From Cellvibrionales bacterium UBA1963 (GTDB taxonomy: Bacteria > Pseudomonadota > Gammaproteobacteria > Pseudomonadales > UBA7434), in NCBI GenBank assembly GCA_002336035.1, contig DDED01000177.1, positions 1-57,627 of the forward strand: a DNA stretch of 57,627 nt. The letters run 5' to 3'. The translations under genes and the position numbers were made by a program. A model generated the notes under the pieces. The model was given only the letters and a program-made list of their open reading frames with translations. It searched no databases and had not been told where the DNA came from. Of the stretch, positions 19,648-30,457 are shown in pieces. Positions within the stretch are counted from its first letter, which is position 1; each line of letters opens with the position of its first letter.

Positions 19648-20754
19648 TTAGTTAGTGTCTAACAGCTCAGCTAATGCACTTAAAAAGAAAGTATTTTCAT
19701 CTTCTAAACCAATACTTACTCGTAAATAATCAGCCATCCGATAATTGGCCAAGGGGCGAACAATGACACCCTTACACAGTAAGTCTTTATTGAGTAAGGC
19801 CGCATTATAAGGCGCTTTAATAGTGACAAAATTGGCCGTTGAATGGATATACTGAACGCCTAAATCTATAAAACCCCTTGTGAACTGCTGCATACCAAGA
19901 TTATTTAATGCCACCGAAGCCTCTAAGTAGGCCAGATCGTCTAATGCAGCTTGTGCTGCCATCAAAGAAACGGAACTGACATTAAACGGTTGGCGAACTC
20001 GATTAAGAGCATCAGCGATCGCTGGATCAGACACTGAATAACCGACACGTAAACCGCCTAAGCCAAATGCTTTTGAAAACGTTCGCGTCACAACTAAGTT
20101 CGGATATTTTTTTTGTAAGACAATGCCGTTAGGGTAATCAGGATCTTCGATATACTCACAATAAGCCTCATCTAATACCACCAGAACCGACGACGGCACA
20201 GCCTCGAGCAAGGCCAGTAGTTCGTCTTTTGAGGCACAGGTACCGGTAGGATTATTTGGGTTAGCCAAGTAAATAACTCGCGTGTCATCACAAACAGCTG
20301 AAGTCATCGCAGACAGATCATGAGCATAATCTAAGGCCGGTACTTCAATAGCGCGAGCGCCGGTCCGAGCAATGGCAAGACCGTACACTAAGAAAGCATA
20401 CTGAGAAAAAATTGCCGAGCAATGTTGGTCGAGGTAAGCACTCGCAATAAGTTCAAGAATATCGTTAGAACCACAGCCCAAGGTAATGCATTGAGGATCA
20501 ACATCATGTAACTCCGCGAGCGAGCGCTTCAGATAAAAACCATTCGCGTCAGGATAGCGATTTATGTCTTGCCCGGCTTTACTTATCGCAGCCAAAACTG
20601 CAGCGGAAGGGCCTCGAGGATTCTCATTACTGGCCAATTTTATAAATTGGTCAATGCCCAACTCTCGCTGCGCTTGCTCAACAGGCTTGCCTGCTTGATA
20701 AGGCTGCATAGACCGCACCTGAGGGCGCGCTAAGTCAATAAATGAAGGTTTCAT
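19648..20754 (-). CDS. hisC: Histidinol-phosphate / aromatic aminotransferase
   Basis: SNENPRGPS and TFSKAFGLGGLRVGY (PLP lysine). Confidence 0.92.
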   Translation of the reverse strand: MKPSFIDLARPQVRSMQPYQAGKPVEQAQRELGIDQFIKLASNENPRGPSAAVLAAISKAGQDINRYPDANGFYLKRSLAELHDVDPQCITLGCGSNDILELIASAYLDQHCSAIFSQYAFLVYGLAIARTGARAIEVPALDYAHDLSAMTSAVCDDTRVIYLANPNNPTGTCASKDELLALLEAVPSSVLVVLDEAYCEYIEDPDYPNGIVLQKKYPNLVVTRTFSKAFGLGGLRVGYSVSDPAIADALNRVRQPFNVSSVSLMAAQAALDDLAYLEASVALNNLGMQQFTRGFIDLGVQYIHSTANFVTIKAPYNAALLNKDLLCKGVIVRPLANYRMADYLRVSIGLEDENTFFLSALAELLDTN

Positions 20755-20800
20755 AATGATTTAAACTGTAGCAGAAGAAAAACATAGCGCAGCACCGCAG

Positions 20801-21910
20801 CTAAATGACGGCCGCTGGGTAAGAGCCCAGCACCTTGACAAAAGAAGACTGCTTCGAAATAGACTCAATGACTCGTTTCACAGCTTCATTGTTATGATGA
20901 CCATGAAATTCCATAAAGAAAACATAGGCCCAATTTTCAGTACGCGACGGTCGCGTCTCTATGCGAGTCAGGCTAATGCCTTCCTGCTCTAACGGAGCTA
21001 AGAGATTGAACAGTGCACCTGGAATATTGCGTGTTGACACAACCAAAGACGTCTTATCATCGCCGCTAGCAGGAACCTCATCCGGCGCAACCACCAAAAA
21101 ACGAGTTGTATTGTCAGCGTAATCTTGAATATTTGAAGCCATGTGAACAAGGTCATAATGCTCGGCCGCAAGCTCACCAGCAATGGCCGCAATGCTTTCA
21201 TCAGCGGCGGCCATTTTTGCGGCTTCGCCATTAGAGCTTACAGACGTTAACTCCATCTCAGGGTAGTTTTGCTGAAGCCACTGCCGCGATTGGGCTATTG
21301 CCTGTTGATGCGCACAAATCCTGGTGATTTTAGCAGGATCAGCTGTCGGCTTAATCAGTAAATGCAAGATGATCGGCAGCACCAATTCACCGCAAATCTT
21401 AAGGGGTGAATTAATAAAGTTATCTAATGTATGGGTAACCATACCCTCGGTTGAATTCTCAACCGGTACCACACCATAATCGCAGACTTTTTTTTCTACC
21501 GAGTCAAACACGGCTGAAATGTTTGCAACAGGATGCGTCAGCACTGCGTGACCAAAATGCTTCAGTGCAGCAGCTTGCGTAAAAGTACCTGCAGGTCCTA
21601 GATAAGCAACGTCCATTGGCTTTTCTAGTGCCAAACAAGCTGACATGACTTCTCTAAAAATACGCGCGACGTCTTTGCCGTCTAAAGGACCTTCATTTCG
21701 TTCTATGACTTTTCTGAGGACTTGCGCTTCACGCTCGGGACGATAAAATAAACCTGCATTGCTTTGCTTAGGATCTAAATCGCGCATTTTGACGGTAGCG
21801 ACTCGCTGAGCACAGTCAGCCCGTTGATTTAATAATAGTTGAAGCTGTTGATCGATTTGATCAATCTCGGCTCGCAGATTTTCTAAACTGTCTTTTTTTT
21901 CTTCAGTCAT
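20801..21910 (-). CDS. pheA: Bifunctional chorismate mutase / prephenate dehydratase (P-protein)
   Basis: N-terminal CM helix (LRAEIDQIDQQL), PDT domain (VAYLGPAGTFT) and ACT domain (IETRPSR). ATG 21910 is preferred over the TTG at 21925. Confidence 0.93.
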   Translation of the reverse strand: MTEEKKDSLENLRAEIDQIDQQLQLLLNQRADCAQRVATVKMRDLDPKQSNAGLFYRPEREAQVLRKVIERNEGPLDGKDVARIFREVMSACLALEKPMDVAYLGPAGTFTQAAALKHFGHAVLTHPVANISAVFDSVEKKVCDYGVVPVENSTEGMVTHTLDNFINSPLKICGELVLPIILHLLIKPTADPAKITRICAHQQAIAQSRQWLQQNYPEMELTSVSSNGEAAKMAAADESIAAIAGELAAEHYDLVHMASNIQDYADNTTRFLVVAPDEVPASGDDKTSLVVSTRNIPGALFNLLAPLEQEGISLTRIETRPSRTENWAYVFFMEFHGHHNNEAVKRVIESISKQSSFVKVLGSYPAAVI

Positions 21911-21953
21911 GGCATCAACACGCAAAGCTATCGCTCATTAAAATAAAACCAAA

Positions 21954-23033
21954 CTATCCATTTCGTTGAGCAAAATCGGCCATAAACGCCAATAAAGCAT
22001 CAACTGCATCTTCAGAAACAGCATTATAAATTGAGGCTCGCATCCCACCAACCGATCGGTGGCCTTTTAAATTAAGCAAGCCAGCCGCTTCTGACTGCGT
22101 TAAAAATGCCTTATCGAGCGCGTCGTCAGCCAACGTAAAAGGCACGTTCATTGATGACCGACTCGCTAATTCTACTGGGTTTGCATAAAAATCGTTTGTA
22201 TCAATAAAATGATACAGCTTATTAGCCTTACGCTGGTTCATTTCAGCGATCGCTGTTAAACCACCAGCTTGTTTGATCCACTGAAAGACTAATCCGGCCA
22301 TATACCAGCCGTAAGCAGGCGGTGTATTTGACATTGACCCTGCATCGGCATGGACCTGATAGTTGAGCATAGCTGGCGTCATAGACTCAGCATGACCCAA
22401 CAAATCTTTCCGTACTATCACTATCGTTAGGCCAGATGGACCAATATTTTTTTGTGCTCCCGCATAAATCACACCAAACTTATCAACCTCAATAGGCCTT
22501 GATAGTATTGTTGAAGACATATCAGCGACAAGAGGCATTGATACTTCTGGCGTCCAAAAAAATTCAACGCCACCTATTGTTTCATTAGGCGTGTAATGCA
22601 AATAAGCTGCCTCTTCGTCGACTTCCCAGCTATTAAAAGCCGGAATCGAGGAAAAGTGGTCGTTCTCGCTACTTGCAACGACGTTGACATCGCAGTATCG
22701 ACCCGCCTCTTGAATGGCCTTTTTTGACCACTGGCCAGTATTGACATAGTTGGCTCGTGATTTGCCATTCAATAAATTCAAGGGCACGGCAGAAAATTGC
22801 TGGGTGGCACCGCCTTGTAAGAACAATACGGCATAATCTTCTGAAATCCCCATTAACTCTCGCAAATCAGCTTCCGCAGTCTCGGCTATGCTGACAAATT
22901 CAGCACTGCGGTGGCTCATTTCCATTACTGATAAACCTCGTTGCTGCCAGTCGAGCAATTCATTTTGTGCCTTGAATAAGACAGCCTCGGGTAATGCAGC
23001 CGGGCCTGCACAAAAATTATAAAGACGATTCAT
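21954..23033 (-). CDS. serC: Phosphoserine aminotransferase
   Basis: FCAGPAALPE and GAQKNIGPSG (PLP lysine), 359 aa. Confidence 0.95.
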   Translation of the reverse strand: MNRLYNFCAGPAALPEAVLFKAQNELLDWQQRGLSVMEMSHRSAEFVSIAETAEADLRELMGISEDYAVLFLQGGATQQFSAVPLNLLNGKSRANYVNTGQWSKKAIQEAGRYCDVNVVASSENDHFSSIPAFNSWEVDEEAAYLHYTPNETIGGVEFFWTPEVSMPLVADMSSTILSRPIEVDKFGVIYAGAQKNIGPSGLTIVIVRKDLLGHAESMTPAMLNYQVHADAGSMSNTPPAYGWYMAGLVFQWIKQAGGLTAIAEMNQRKANKLYHFIDTNDFYANPVELASRSSMNVPFTLADDALDKAFLTQSEAAGLLNLKGHRSVGGMRASIYNAVSEDAVDALLAFMADFAQRNG

Positions 23034-23091
23034 TGACTACTTCTCTCCACTTCGAGCGTTAAAACAGACAAAAACTTGTAAGATCTTTGCA

Positions 23092-25725
23092 TTAATCGGT
23101 TTGACTGTCATCAGTCTTGTTGTGAGTATCGCTAGGATCTACAGCACCATTAGCACCATTAGCATTAATCACATTGCCTTCATCATCGAGATCATCTTCT
23201 GGCTCTTCGATACGTGCAACGTTCACTAATAACTCACCTTGTTTAAGGCGGATAACCCTAACACCCTGAGTATTTCTTCCTAACTCAGATATCTCGTCTG
23301 TACGACAGCGCACCAAAGTACCCTGATCACTGATCAGCATCATCTGATCACCAGGCACCACTTGGATAGCGCCCACCAACTGACCGTTTCGATCAGAAGT
23401 TTGCATACCAATAACACCTCGATTACCTCGCCCCTTGACTGGGAAATCTGCCATTGATGTACGCTTACCGTAACCATTCTCACTTACTGTTAGTACGCGA
23501 CCTTCAGACTTAGGGATCATTAAACTAATGAGTCTCTGACCTTCATCTAACCGAATGCCTCGAACGCCTCTTGCCGTTCGACCCATTGCCCTGACTGCTG
23601 ACTCTTCAAATCGCGCAGCTTTTCCCGCGCTACTGATTAACACAACGTCTGAATGACCATCAGTAATCGCAGTGCCAATGAGCACGTCACCTTCATCCAA
23701 CTCTAAAGCGCGAAGACCGACACTTCTTTGTCGCGCAAAGTCAGTCAAGGCCGTTTTCTTTACCGTGCCATAGGCAGTCGCCATGAAAATGTAATGACCC
23801 TCTGTGTACTCAGCCACGGGTAAAATTGAGGTGATGCGCTCACCCTCATCGAGCGGCAGGAGATTTATTACTGGCCGACCACGAGAATTTCTTCCAGCAA
23901 CAGGAATTTGGAAAACCTTAAGCCAATAAACCTTACCCACATTTGAAAACAATAAAAGAGTGTTGTGCGTATTGGCGATCAACAAGTGCTCGACAAAATC
24001 TTCATCTTTAACCGAAGTCGCAGACTTACCCATACCACCGCGACGCTGAGCTTGATAGTCGTCTAAGGGCTGTGATTTCGCATAACCACCGTGTGAAATA
24101 GTTACCACCCGATCTTCTTCTGAAATTAAATCTTCAATCGTTAGATCTCGCTTACTAGCGGTGATTTCAGTCCGACGCTCATCACCAAAATTCTGAACTA
24201 ATTCAGTTAACTCATTACGAATAACTGACAACAATTTATCTGGATCGCCTAAGATCTCTAAATAACCTGAAATCTGCTCTAAACGTTCGCGGTATTCTTC
24301 TAATAACTTTTCATGCTCCATACCGGTCAAGCGATGAAGTCGCAACTCTAAAATAGCCTGCGCCTGCACCGGTGATAGGTGATAGGCACCATTAACTAAA
24401 CCAAATTCAGCAGCTAACTCTTCTGGCCTGCTTGCGCCCGCACCAGCGCGGTCCAACATATCCATGACCGCTCCGGGTGGCCACGCCTTAGCTATTAATT
24501 TTTCTTTTGCCTCAGCGGGACTGGGAGAGGCTTTTATCAAGGCAATAACTGGATCAATATTAGTCAGTGCAATAGCCCAACCCTCAAGTATATGGCCCCT
24601 TTCCCTTGCTTTTTTCAATAAATAAACCGTCCGACGCGTAACAACTTCACGACGGTGCTTGATAAAACATTCAAGTGTGTCTTTAAGGTTTAGTACTTTT
24701 GGCTGACCATCAACTAAAGCGACAATGTTAATGCCAAACACGCTTTCCAGCGAGGTTTGAGCATACAAGTTATTTATAACCACCTCACCTAATTCACCCC
24801 GACGCAACTCTATAACGACCCGCATACCGTCCTTGTCAGACTCATCGCGCAACTCAGAAATACCTTCAATTTTTTTGTCTTTAACTAACTCAGCGATTTT
24901 CTCAATTAAACGCGCTTTGTTAACCTGATAAGGCAATTCAGAAATAATGATAGTTTCACGCTTCGTCTTTTCATCGATCTCGACTTCGCTACGAGCGCGA
25001 ACATAAATTCGACCTCGGCCTGTACGGTAAGCTTGTACAATACCTGCGCGGCCATTGATAATGCCTGCCGTAGGAAAGTCTGGACCGGGTAAGTGCTCCA
25101 TTAGACCGTCGACATCGAGGTCAGGATTGTCAATTAAAGCCAGGGTTGCACTGACCACCTCAACAATATTATGCGGCGGTATATTGGTCGCCATACCCAC
25201 AGCAATACCCGAAGAACCATTTACCAATAAATTTGGTACGCGAGTTGGCATGACCTCAGGAATTGTTTCAGTCCCGTCATAGTTCGGCACGTAATCGACG
25301 GTATCTTTATCAAGATCTGCTAATAACTCATGCGCTATCTTTGACATGCGAATTTCGGTGTAACGCATCGCCGCTGGCGAGTCGCCATCGATCGAGCCAA
25401 AATTTCCCTGCCCGTCGACTAACATATAACGCAAAGAAAAAGGCTGGGCCATTCTAACAATCGTATCGTAAACCGCAGAATCACCGTGAGGGTGATATTT
25501 ACCGATCACATCACCGACCACGCGAGCAGATTTTTTATAGCCTTTATTCCAGTCATTGTTGAGTTCATTCATTGCGTGCAATACACGCCGATGAACCGGC
25601 TTTAAGCCATCGCGCACATCGGGCAAAGCGCGCCCAACGATGACGCTCATGGCGTAATCGAGATAAGATTTCTTGAGCTCTTCTTCGATATTAACGGGTA
25701 GAATTTCTTTGGCTATCTCACCCAT
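23092..25725 (-). CDS. gyrA: DNA gyrase subunit A
   Basis: The QRDR reads [20 protein letters not shown]. Active-site region AAMRYTE, beta-pinwheel CTD and an acidic C-terminal tail. Confidence 0.98.
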   Translation of the reverse strand: MGEIAKEILPVNIEEELKKSYLDYAMSVIVGRALPDVRDGLKPVHRRVLHAMNELNNDWNKGYKKSARVVGDVIGKYHPHGDSAVYDTIVRMAQPFSLRYMLVDGQGNFGSIDGDSPAAMRYTEIRMSKIAHELLADLDKDTVDYVPNYDGTETIPEVMPTRVPNLLVNGSSGIAVGMATNIPPHNIVEVVSATLALIDNPDLDVDGLMEHLPGPDFPTAGIINGRAGIVQAYRTGRGRIYVRARSEVEIDEKTKRETIIISELPYQVNKARLIEKIAELVKDKKIEGISELRDESDKDGMRVVIELRRGELGEVVINNLYAQTSLESVFGINIVALVDGQPKVLNLKDTLECFIKHRREVVTRRTVYLLKKARERGHILEGWAIALTNIDPVIALIKASPSPAEAKEKLIAKAWPPGAVMDMLDRAGAGASRPEELAAEFGLVNGAYHLSPVQAQAILELRLHRLTGMEHEKLLEEYRERLEQISGYLEILGDPDKLLSVIRNELTELVQNFGDERRTEITASKRDLTIEDLISEEDRVVTISHGGYAKSQPLDDYQAQRRGGMGKSATSVKDEDFVEHLLIANTHNTLLLFSNVGKVYWLKVFQIPVAGRNSRGRPVINLLPLDEGERITSILPVAEYTEGHYIFMATAYGTVKKTALTDFARQRSVGLRALELDEGDVLIGTAITDGHSDVVLISSAGKAARFEESAVRAMGRTARGVRGIRLDEGQRLISLMIPKSEGRVLTVSENGYGKRTSMADFPVKGRGNRGVIGMQTSDRNGQLVGAIQVVPGDQMMLISDQGTLVRCRTDEISELGRNTQGVRVIRLKQGELLVNVARIEEPEDDLDDEGNVINANGANGAVDPSDTHNKTDDSQTD

Positions 25726-26121
25726 AAACGACGTATCCCCTTGCTAGCGATCGAGAAAAAATAACAACCAATAAACCACTCCGCCGCGCACCACATTAAA
25801 ACTCCAGAAATGCCCAACAAGTAGCCTCTAATAAGTCTACAATCATACCACATGAGCTGCTTGCAATGGCATTTCTGGCCATTAAATAAGCCGACTTTCG
25901 ATGGTACTTTGTCAGCTATCATTAATTGATTTCAATAACCTTTACCGTGCAGTTTTTTGATCAATAAAATACGCCTATTTTTTACGCCTTTTACTTGCGA
26001 TCCTGACGTTTTTAAATGCCCGCAAGGCATAATTAACACAAACACGCTCACGGTCACCCAAAGCGAGCACAATCACGTATAATTAACTAATCAATCGGTC
26101 TATTTACGAACGCCTAAATGC

Positions 26122-27456
26122 ATGAAATCAATTAATCCACACATTATCAGCGCTCGATGGATTCTGCCCATCGACGAGGAAAGCCCATTATCGAGTCAAC
26201 TTAGACTTCTCGAAGATCACGCCATCGCCATCGAAGACCGTCGCATTATCGATATTGGCCCTAAAACGGAACTGCTTGTCACATACCCAAAAGCGGCCCA
26301 TACGGAACTTCATGAACATATTTTGATGCCCGGCTTGGTTAACGCTCACAATCTCACCGCTATGACGCTCTTCAAAGGCTTAACAGATCCTCAGCCATTA
26401 GCGCAGTGGCTTAAACACAGCATTTGGCCTCTTGAGCACCAATGGCTGTCCGCAGCATTCGCTCGTGACAGCGTGGCATTAGGCATTATTGAAATGCTTC
26501 TCAGTGGGACCACCTGCTTCAGTGATAGCTACCTCTACCCCGATGCCAGTGCCAGCGTTGCAGAAACACTAGGAATGCGAGCTCAAATTCATTTCCCAAT
26601 CAGTGAGCATGCATCACATTGGGCTCAAAATAGTGGTGAATACTTTAGCAAAGGTCTCGAAATATCCGATGAGTACCGCCATAGCGCCTTGATCACCACG
26701 GGGTTCGGCCCCCATTCAGCCGTCAATGTTAGCGATAAAAGCTTCGATCGCATCGCAATCTTAGCCGAAGAAATTGACCGACCGATTCATATTTATCTGC
26801 ATTCTAGTGACGAAGAAATAACCGACTCAGTCAAGCAATATGGCCTTCAACCAATTGAGCGCCTAATGCAGCTCGGGGTCTTATCGTCTCGCACTCAGGC
26901 CATTCAAGTCGGCCATCTCAATACTCAGGATGAGCTGCAATTGATAAACTCTGGCGCCAGCGTCATTCAATGCCCTGCCGCAAGCATGAACCTTAGCGTC
27001 AACTTATGCTCCAGTTCATCACTGCTTCAAAAAGGCGTCAAAGTAGGGCTAGGAACCGATAGCGCGGCTTGCGGCAATAATCTTGACCTGTTTGCCAGCC
27101 TTAAACTGGCAGTCATACTCAGCGCTCAAGGGGATCAAAGCCAACCAACACTCAACTGTTCCGCTGGACTTAGAATGGCAACACTGGGGGGCGCAGAAGC
27201 CCTTGGCTTAGACGACGACATCGGCAGCCTCACCGTTGGCAAACAAGCAGATATCATTGCCATCGATACCCAGTCACCTTGCTTTCAACCCCTAAACTCA
27301 GTCACTCGCCAATTGGTTTATGGTGGTGCGGGATCAGCCGTAAGCCATGTCTGGGTCGCAGGACACTGCAAAGTCAGTGATGGAAAATTAATAGGCATCG
27401 ACCAGAGCAGTATTTTAGACAAAAGTCGGTGGTGGCAACACAAAATAACATCTTAA
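26122..27456 (+). CDS. MtaD/TRZ-ATZ-family amidohydrolase homologue with substituted active-site positions
   Basis: Family-typical PGLVNAH..AMTLFKGL, GTDSAA..N and a C-terminal GSL..GK.ADI. The gyrA-(mtaD)-ubiG context is as in Pseudomonas. The canonical HxH and HxxE motifs read HNL and YLHS (see findings). Confidence 0.8.
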   Translation: MKSINPHIISARWILPIDEESPLSSQLRLLEDHAIAIEDRRIIDIGPKTELLVTYPKAAHTELHEHILMPGLVNAHNLTAMTLFKGLTDPQPLAQWLKHSIWPLEHQWLSAAFARDSVALGIIEMLLSGTTCFSDSYLYPDASASVAETLGMRAQIHFPISEHASHWAQNSGEYFSKGLEISDEYRHSALITTGFGPHSAVNVSDKSFDRIAILAEEIDRPIHIYLHSSDEEITDSVKQYGLQPIERLMQLGVLSSRTQAIQVGHLNTQDELQLINSGASVIQCPAASMNLSVNLCSSSSLLQKGVKVGLGTDSAACGNNLDLFASLKLAVILSAQGDQSQPTLNCSAGLRMATLGGAEALGLDDDIGSLTVGKQADIIAIDTQSPCFQPLNSVTRQLVYGGAGSAVSHVWVAGHCKVSDGKLIGIDQSSILDKSRWWQHKITS

Positions 27457-27470
27457 AAGGTATTAAAAAA

Positions 27471-28208
27471 ATGGAGCAGAAAAAGGCACAGACTGCTAGC
27501 ACCCAATCAAATGTTGACCGTGATGAAATCGCAAAGTTTGAAGCGCTTGCTCATCGCTGGTGGGATACCAGCAGTGAGTTTAAGCCATTGCATGCGATCA
27601 ATCCCTTAAGAGCAAACTTTATCGATCGACTATCGCCGGTAGCTGAAAAAAAAGTAATCGATATTGGCTGTGGTGGTGGTATTTTATCAGAAGCTTTGAC
27701 GCAACGTGGCGCACAAGTGACAGGCATTGATATGGGCGAAGCACCATTAGGGGTTGCCGAGCTTCATGCACTCGAAAACAAGCTCGACATTGAATATAAA
27801 AAAATTACCGCTGAAGAGATCGCACTTGAAAGACCTGGACAATATGACGTTGTTACCTGTTTAGAAATGCTCGAACATGTTCCCGATCCAGCTGCCATCG
27901 TTGAAGCCTGTGCTTCTCTGTGCAAACCTGGGGGACATATTTACTTTGCCACTATAAACCGCAATCCAAAAAGTTATTTTTTTGCCATCTTGGGCGCTGA
28001 GCATGTGCTGAGATTATTGCCAAAAGGCACGCACGATTATGAAAAACTAATTAAACCTTCCGAACTCCATCAATGGATCAGGGCAAGTGGTCTTATCTTA
28101 AAAAACTCAACCGGCATGACCTACAACCCTTTAACGCAACGCTACAAGCTAAAAGCACGTAATTTAGACGTTAATTATTTGCTTCATACCATTAAGCCGT
28201 CAGAATAA
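27471..28208 (+). CDS. ubiG: Ubiquinone biosynthesis O-methyltransferase
   Basis: SAM motif VIDIGCGGGILSE. ATG 27471 lies just after the upstream stop at 27456. The ORF-track start 27429 overlaps the upstream gene. Confidence 0.92.
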   Translation: MEQKKAQTASTQSNVDRDEIAKFEALAHRWWDTSSEFKPLHAINPLRANFIDRLSPVAEKKVIDIGCGGGILSEALTQRGAQVTGIDMGEAPLGVAELHALENKLDIEYKKITAEEIALERPGQYDVVTCLEMLEHVPDPAAIVEACASLCKPGGHIYFATINRNPKSYFFAILGAEHVLRLLPKGTHDYEKLIKPSELHQWIRASGLILKNSTGMTYNPLTQRYKLKARNLDVNYLLHTIKPSE

Positions 28209-28230
28209 TAGCCCTTAATAAAAGAAGAAG

Positions 28231-28908
28231 ATGACCATGACTAATGCTGTACTATTTGACCTAGATGGCACCTTGGTTGACACCGCTCCCGATTTTATTA
28301 TTGCTGTTAATCAATTAAGGCGCGATCACGGTTTAAAAGAATTATCCGACCAAACGATTACCGTTCAAGTTTCTAACGGTTCTGCTGCACTAACGCAACT
28401 AGCGCTTGATATCACGCCAAAAAATCCTGATTTTGAAACTGCCAGACAACAATTATTAGATTATTATTTGACTTGCATCGGTTCACGATCGATATTGTTT
28501 GAAGGGTATGAAAAGTTATTAAACGCTCTTAAGAATGCCCACATTAGCTGGGGCATCGTCACTAACAAACCGTTACTTTATAGCCAAACATTGCTCGAAA
28601 AGCTGACGTTGGCGCAAGATTGTAGCGTACTAATCTGCCCAGATCACGTCAGCAAAAGCAAGCCAGACCCCGAGGGCCTTTTGTTAGCCGCTGAGATGCT
28701 TAAATGCCATACTAGTGATATTATTTACGTTGGAGATCACCACCGTGATATTCAGGCAGGCCGACAAGCAGGAATGAAAACAATTGCTGCCAGCTTTGGC
28801 TACATTGAGCCCAATGACTGCATCGATAACTGGCAGGCCGATTATATTGTTACTCAACCCAGCGATATACAAACCATTGTGGAAGCCGTATTTTCATGCA
28901 AGATTTAA
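28231..28908 (+). CDS. HAD-superfamily phosphatase (Gph/MupP-like)
   Basis: VLFDLDGTLVDT (motif I) and VGDHHRDIQAGRQAGM (motif IV). It is syntenic with the Pseudomonas gene that follows ubiG. Confidence 0.88.
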   Translation: MTMTNAVLFDLDGTLVDTAPDFIIAVNQLRRDHGLKELSDQTITVQVSNGSAALTQLALDITPKNPDFETARQQLLDYYLTCIGSRSILFEGYEKLLNALKNAHISWGIVTNKPLLYSQTLLEKLTLAQDCSVLICPDHVSKSKPDPEGLLLAAEMLKCHTSDIIYVGDHHRDIQAGRQAGMKTIAASFGYIEPNDCIDNWQADYIVTQPSDIQTIVEAVFSCKI

Positions 28909-29660
28909 CCGATATTCACAATTATAACGCCAACAATACCCTACTTGCTGGCCGAAATATTGTTATAACTGGTGCCGGTGATGGCATTGGTCGAGCTGCC
29001 GCATTGCGTTTTGCACAGCACGGTGCAACCGTGATTCTACTGGGTAAGACTGTTGACAAGCTGGCCGCCGTTTACGATGAGATTGAGGCGGCTGGCCATC
29101 CCCAACCCGTGATGGTTGAACTGGATCTACACACCGCAAATAATGCAGAATTTGAAGCACTAAATCGCGAGATTATTGACAATTTAGGCGGCCTTCATGG
29201 ATTACTAAACAATGCTGGCATTCTCGGTGAAATGAAACCACTCTCGCAGTACGATGCGGAAACATTTGACCAAGTCATTAAAGTTAACTTGACTAGCTGC
29301 TTTAACCTCACCCAAGCGCTCATTCCGGCATTAGAATCAACAGAAAATGCATCTATTGTTTTTACCTCATCAAGTGTTGGTCGCAAAAGCCGCGCTTACT
29401 GGGGGGCATATGCTGTATCAAAATTTGCCATTGAAGGCTTAATGCAGACATGGGCTGACGAACTTTCAGACACATGCAACATTAGAGTTAACTCACTCAA
29501 TCCTGGCGCAACACAAACCAACATGCGAAAACAAGCGTTCCCCGGTGAAACGCCTCACAACAATCCAGCACCCGAGGCCATCATGAACAGTTATTTATTT
29601 TTGATGGGAAATGACAGTATTGGGGTCAATGGTCAGCAATTAAACGCACAGAAAAAGTAG
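28896..29660 (+). CDS. Short-chain dehydrogenase/reductase (YciK-like)
   Basis: TGAGDGIGRAAA and YAVSKFA (YxxxK). Overlaps the upstream gene by 13 nt. Confidence 0.88.
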   Translation: MQDLTDIHNYNANNTLLAGRNIVITGAGDGIGRAAALRFAQHGATVILLGKTVDKLAAVYDEIEAAGHPQPVMVELDLHTANNAEFEALNREIIDNLGGLHGLLNNAGILGEMKPLSQYDAETFDQVIKVNLTSCFNLTQALIPALESTENASIVFTSSSVGRKSRAYWGAYAVSKFAIEGLMQTWADELSDTCNIRVNSLNPGATQTNMRKQAFPGETPHNNPAPEAIMNSYLFLMGNDSIGVNGQQLNAQKK

Positions 29661-29765
29661 TAGCTGCCTGCTGATTGAACACAACGAAAAATGCTTCGTA
29701 AGCAGACGGCATAACCACTTTTTACAGTGGGATTTACGGTATTTTACACGGCTTAGACACAACAA

Positions 29766-30416
29766 TTAACGCTTAACGCTCTGCCTAGCCAACAACGGAT
29801 CAACCCAGCGAAAAGTTAAATTAATTCGTTCAGATAATTTACGCCGACTTTTAGCAATTTGGTGCAGCCAGTTTGCTTGCGTTTCGCCTTGCATAATCAA
29901 TACGCTACCGTGTGGTAGCAGTAGCTTGTACTTGAGCTGTTTATTAGTGCGGTGTTTTAACTGAAAGACTCTTGGCTCACCTAAGCTCACCGAGGCTATA
30001 ACAGGCTTGGCTCCCAGCTCCGGTTCATCATCTGCATGCCAGCCATTACTGTCACGACCGTCACGGTACAAGTTCGCTAATACACTGTTAAACTCGGCGC
30101 CTGCTGCCAACTCTAACTGACGCCTAATCAGCATTAATTCTTTCGTCCATGCTAGCCCGTGGTGAGTGATGCCAGAGTACGTATAAGGCAATTGATTATC
30201 GGCATACCATGCAGATAATCGCGGCACAAACATATGCTTACCAAACATGGTGATTTTTTCTTGACGCCAAGGCAGCTGCTGCTCAAAGTGATGAAGATAG
30301 TCATCAGCCAGTTGTTTAGGGAAAAAATTGGGGTAGTAGTGAAGTTCTGCATCTTGCAAGGCAATAATCTGCGGCAGGGTTGAATGCGGGTCTACGGGGA
30401 ATAGGTCTAAGTTCAT
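29766..30416 (-). CDS. AlkB-family Fe(II)/2-oxoglutarate dioxygenase
   Basis: NLYRDGRDSNGWHADDEPELG (HxD) plus WLHQI and RINLTFR. 216 aa. Confidence 0.85.
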   Translation of the reverse strand: MNLDLFPVDPHSTLPQIIALQDAELHYYPNFFPKQLADDYLHHFEQQLPWRQEKITMFGKHMFVPRLSAWYADNQLPYTYSGITHHGLAWTKELMLIRRQLELAAGAEFNSVLANLYRDGRDSNGWHADDEPELGAKPVIASVSLGEPRVFQLKHRTNKQLKYKLLLPHGSVLIMQGETQANWLHQIAKSRRKLSERINLTFRWVDPLLARQSVKR

Positions 30417-30457
30417 TGGGCCATGTTAACAAAATAATATTGCTGCGGCTAAAAAAT

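Noticed and set aside
25713-25922. 69-aa minus-strand ORF overlapping the gyrA start.
   Set aside because: Cys/Trp-rich odd composition, and it lies in the gyrA promoter and leader. No support.
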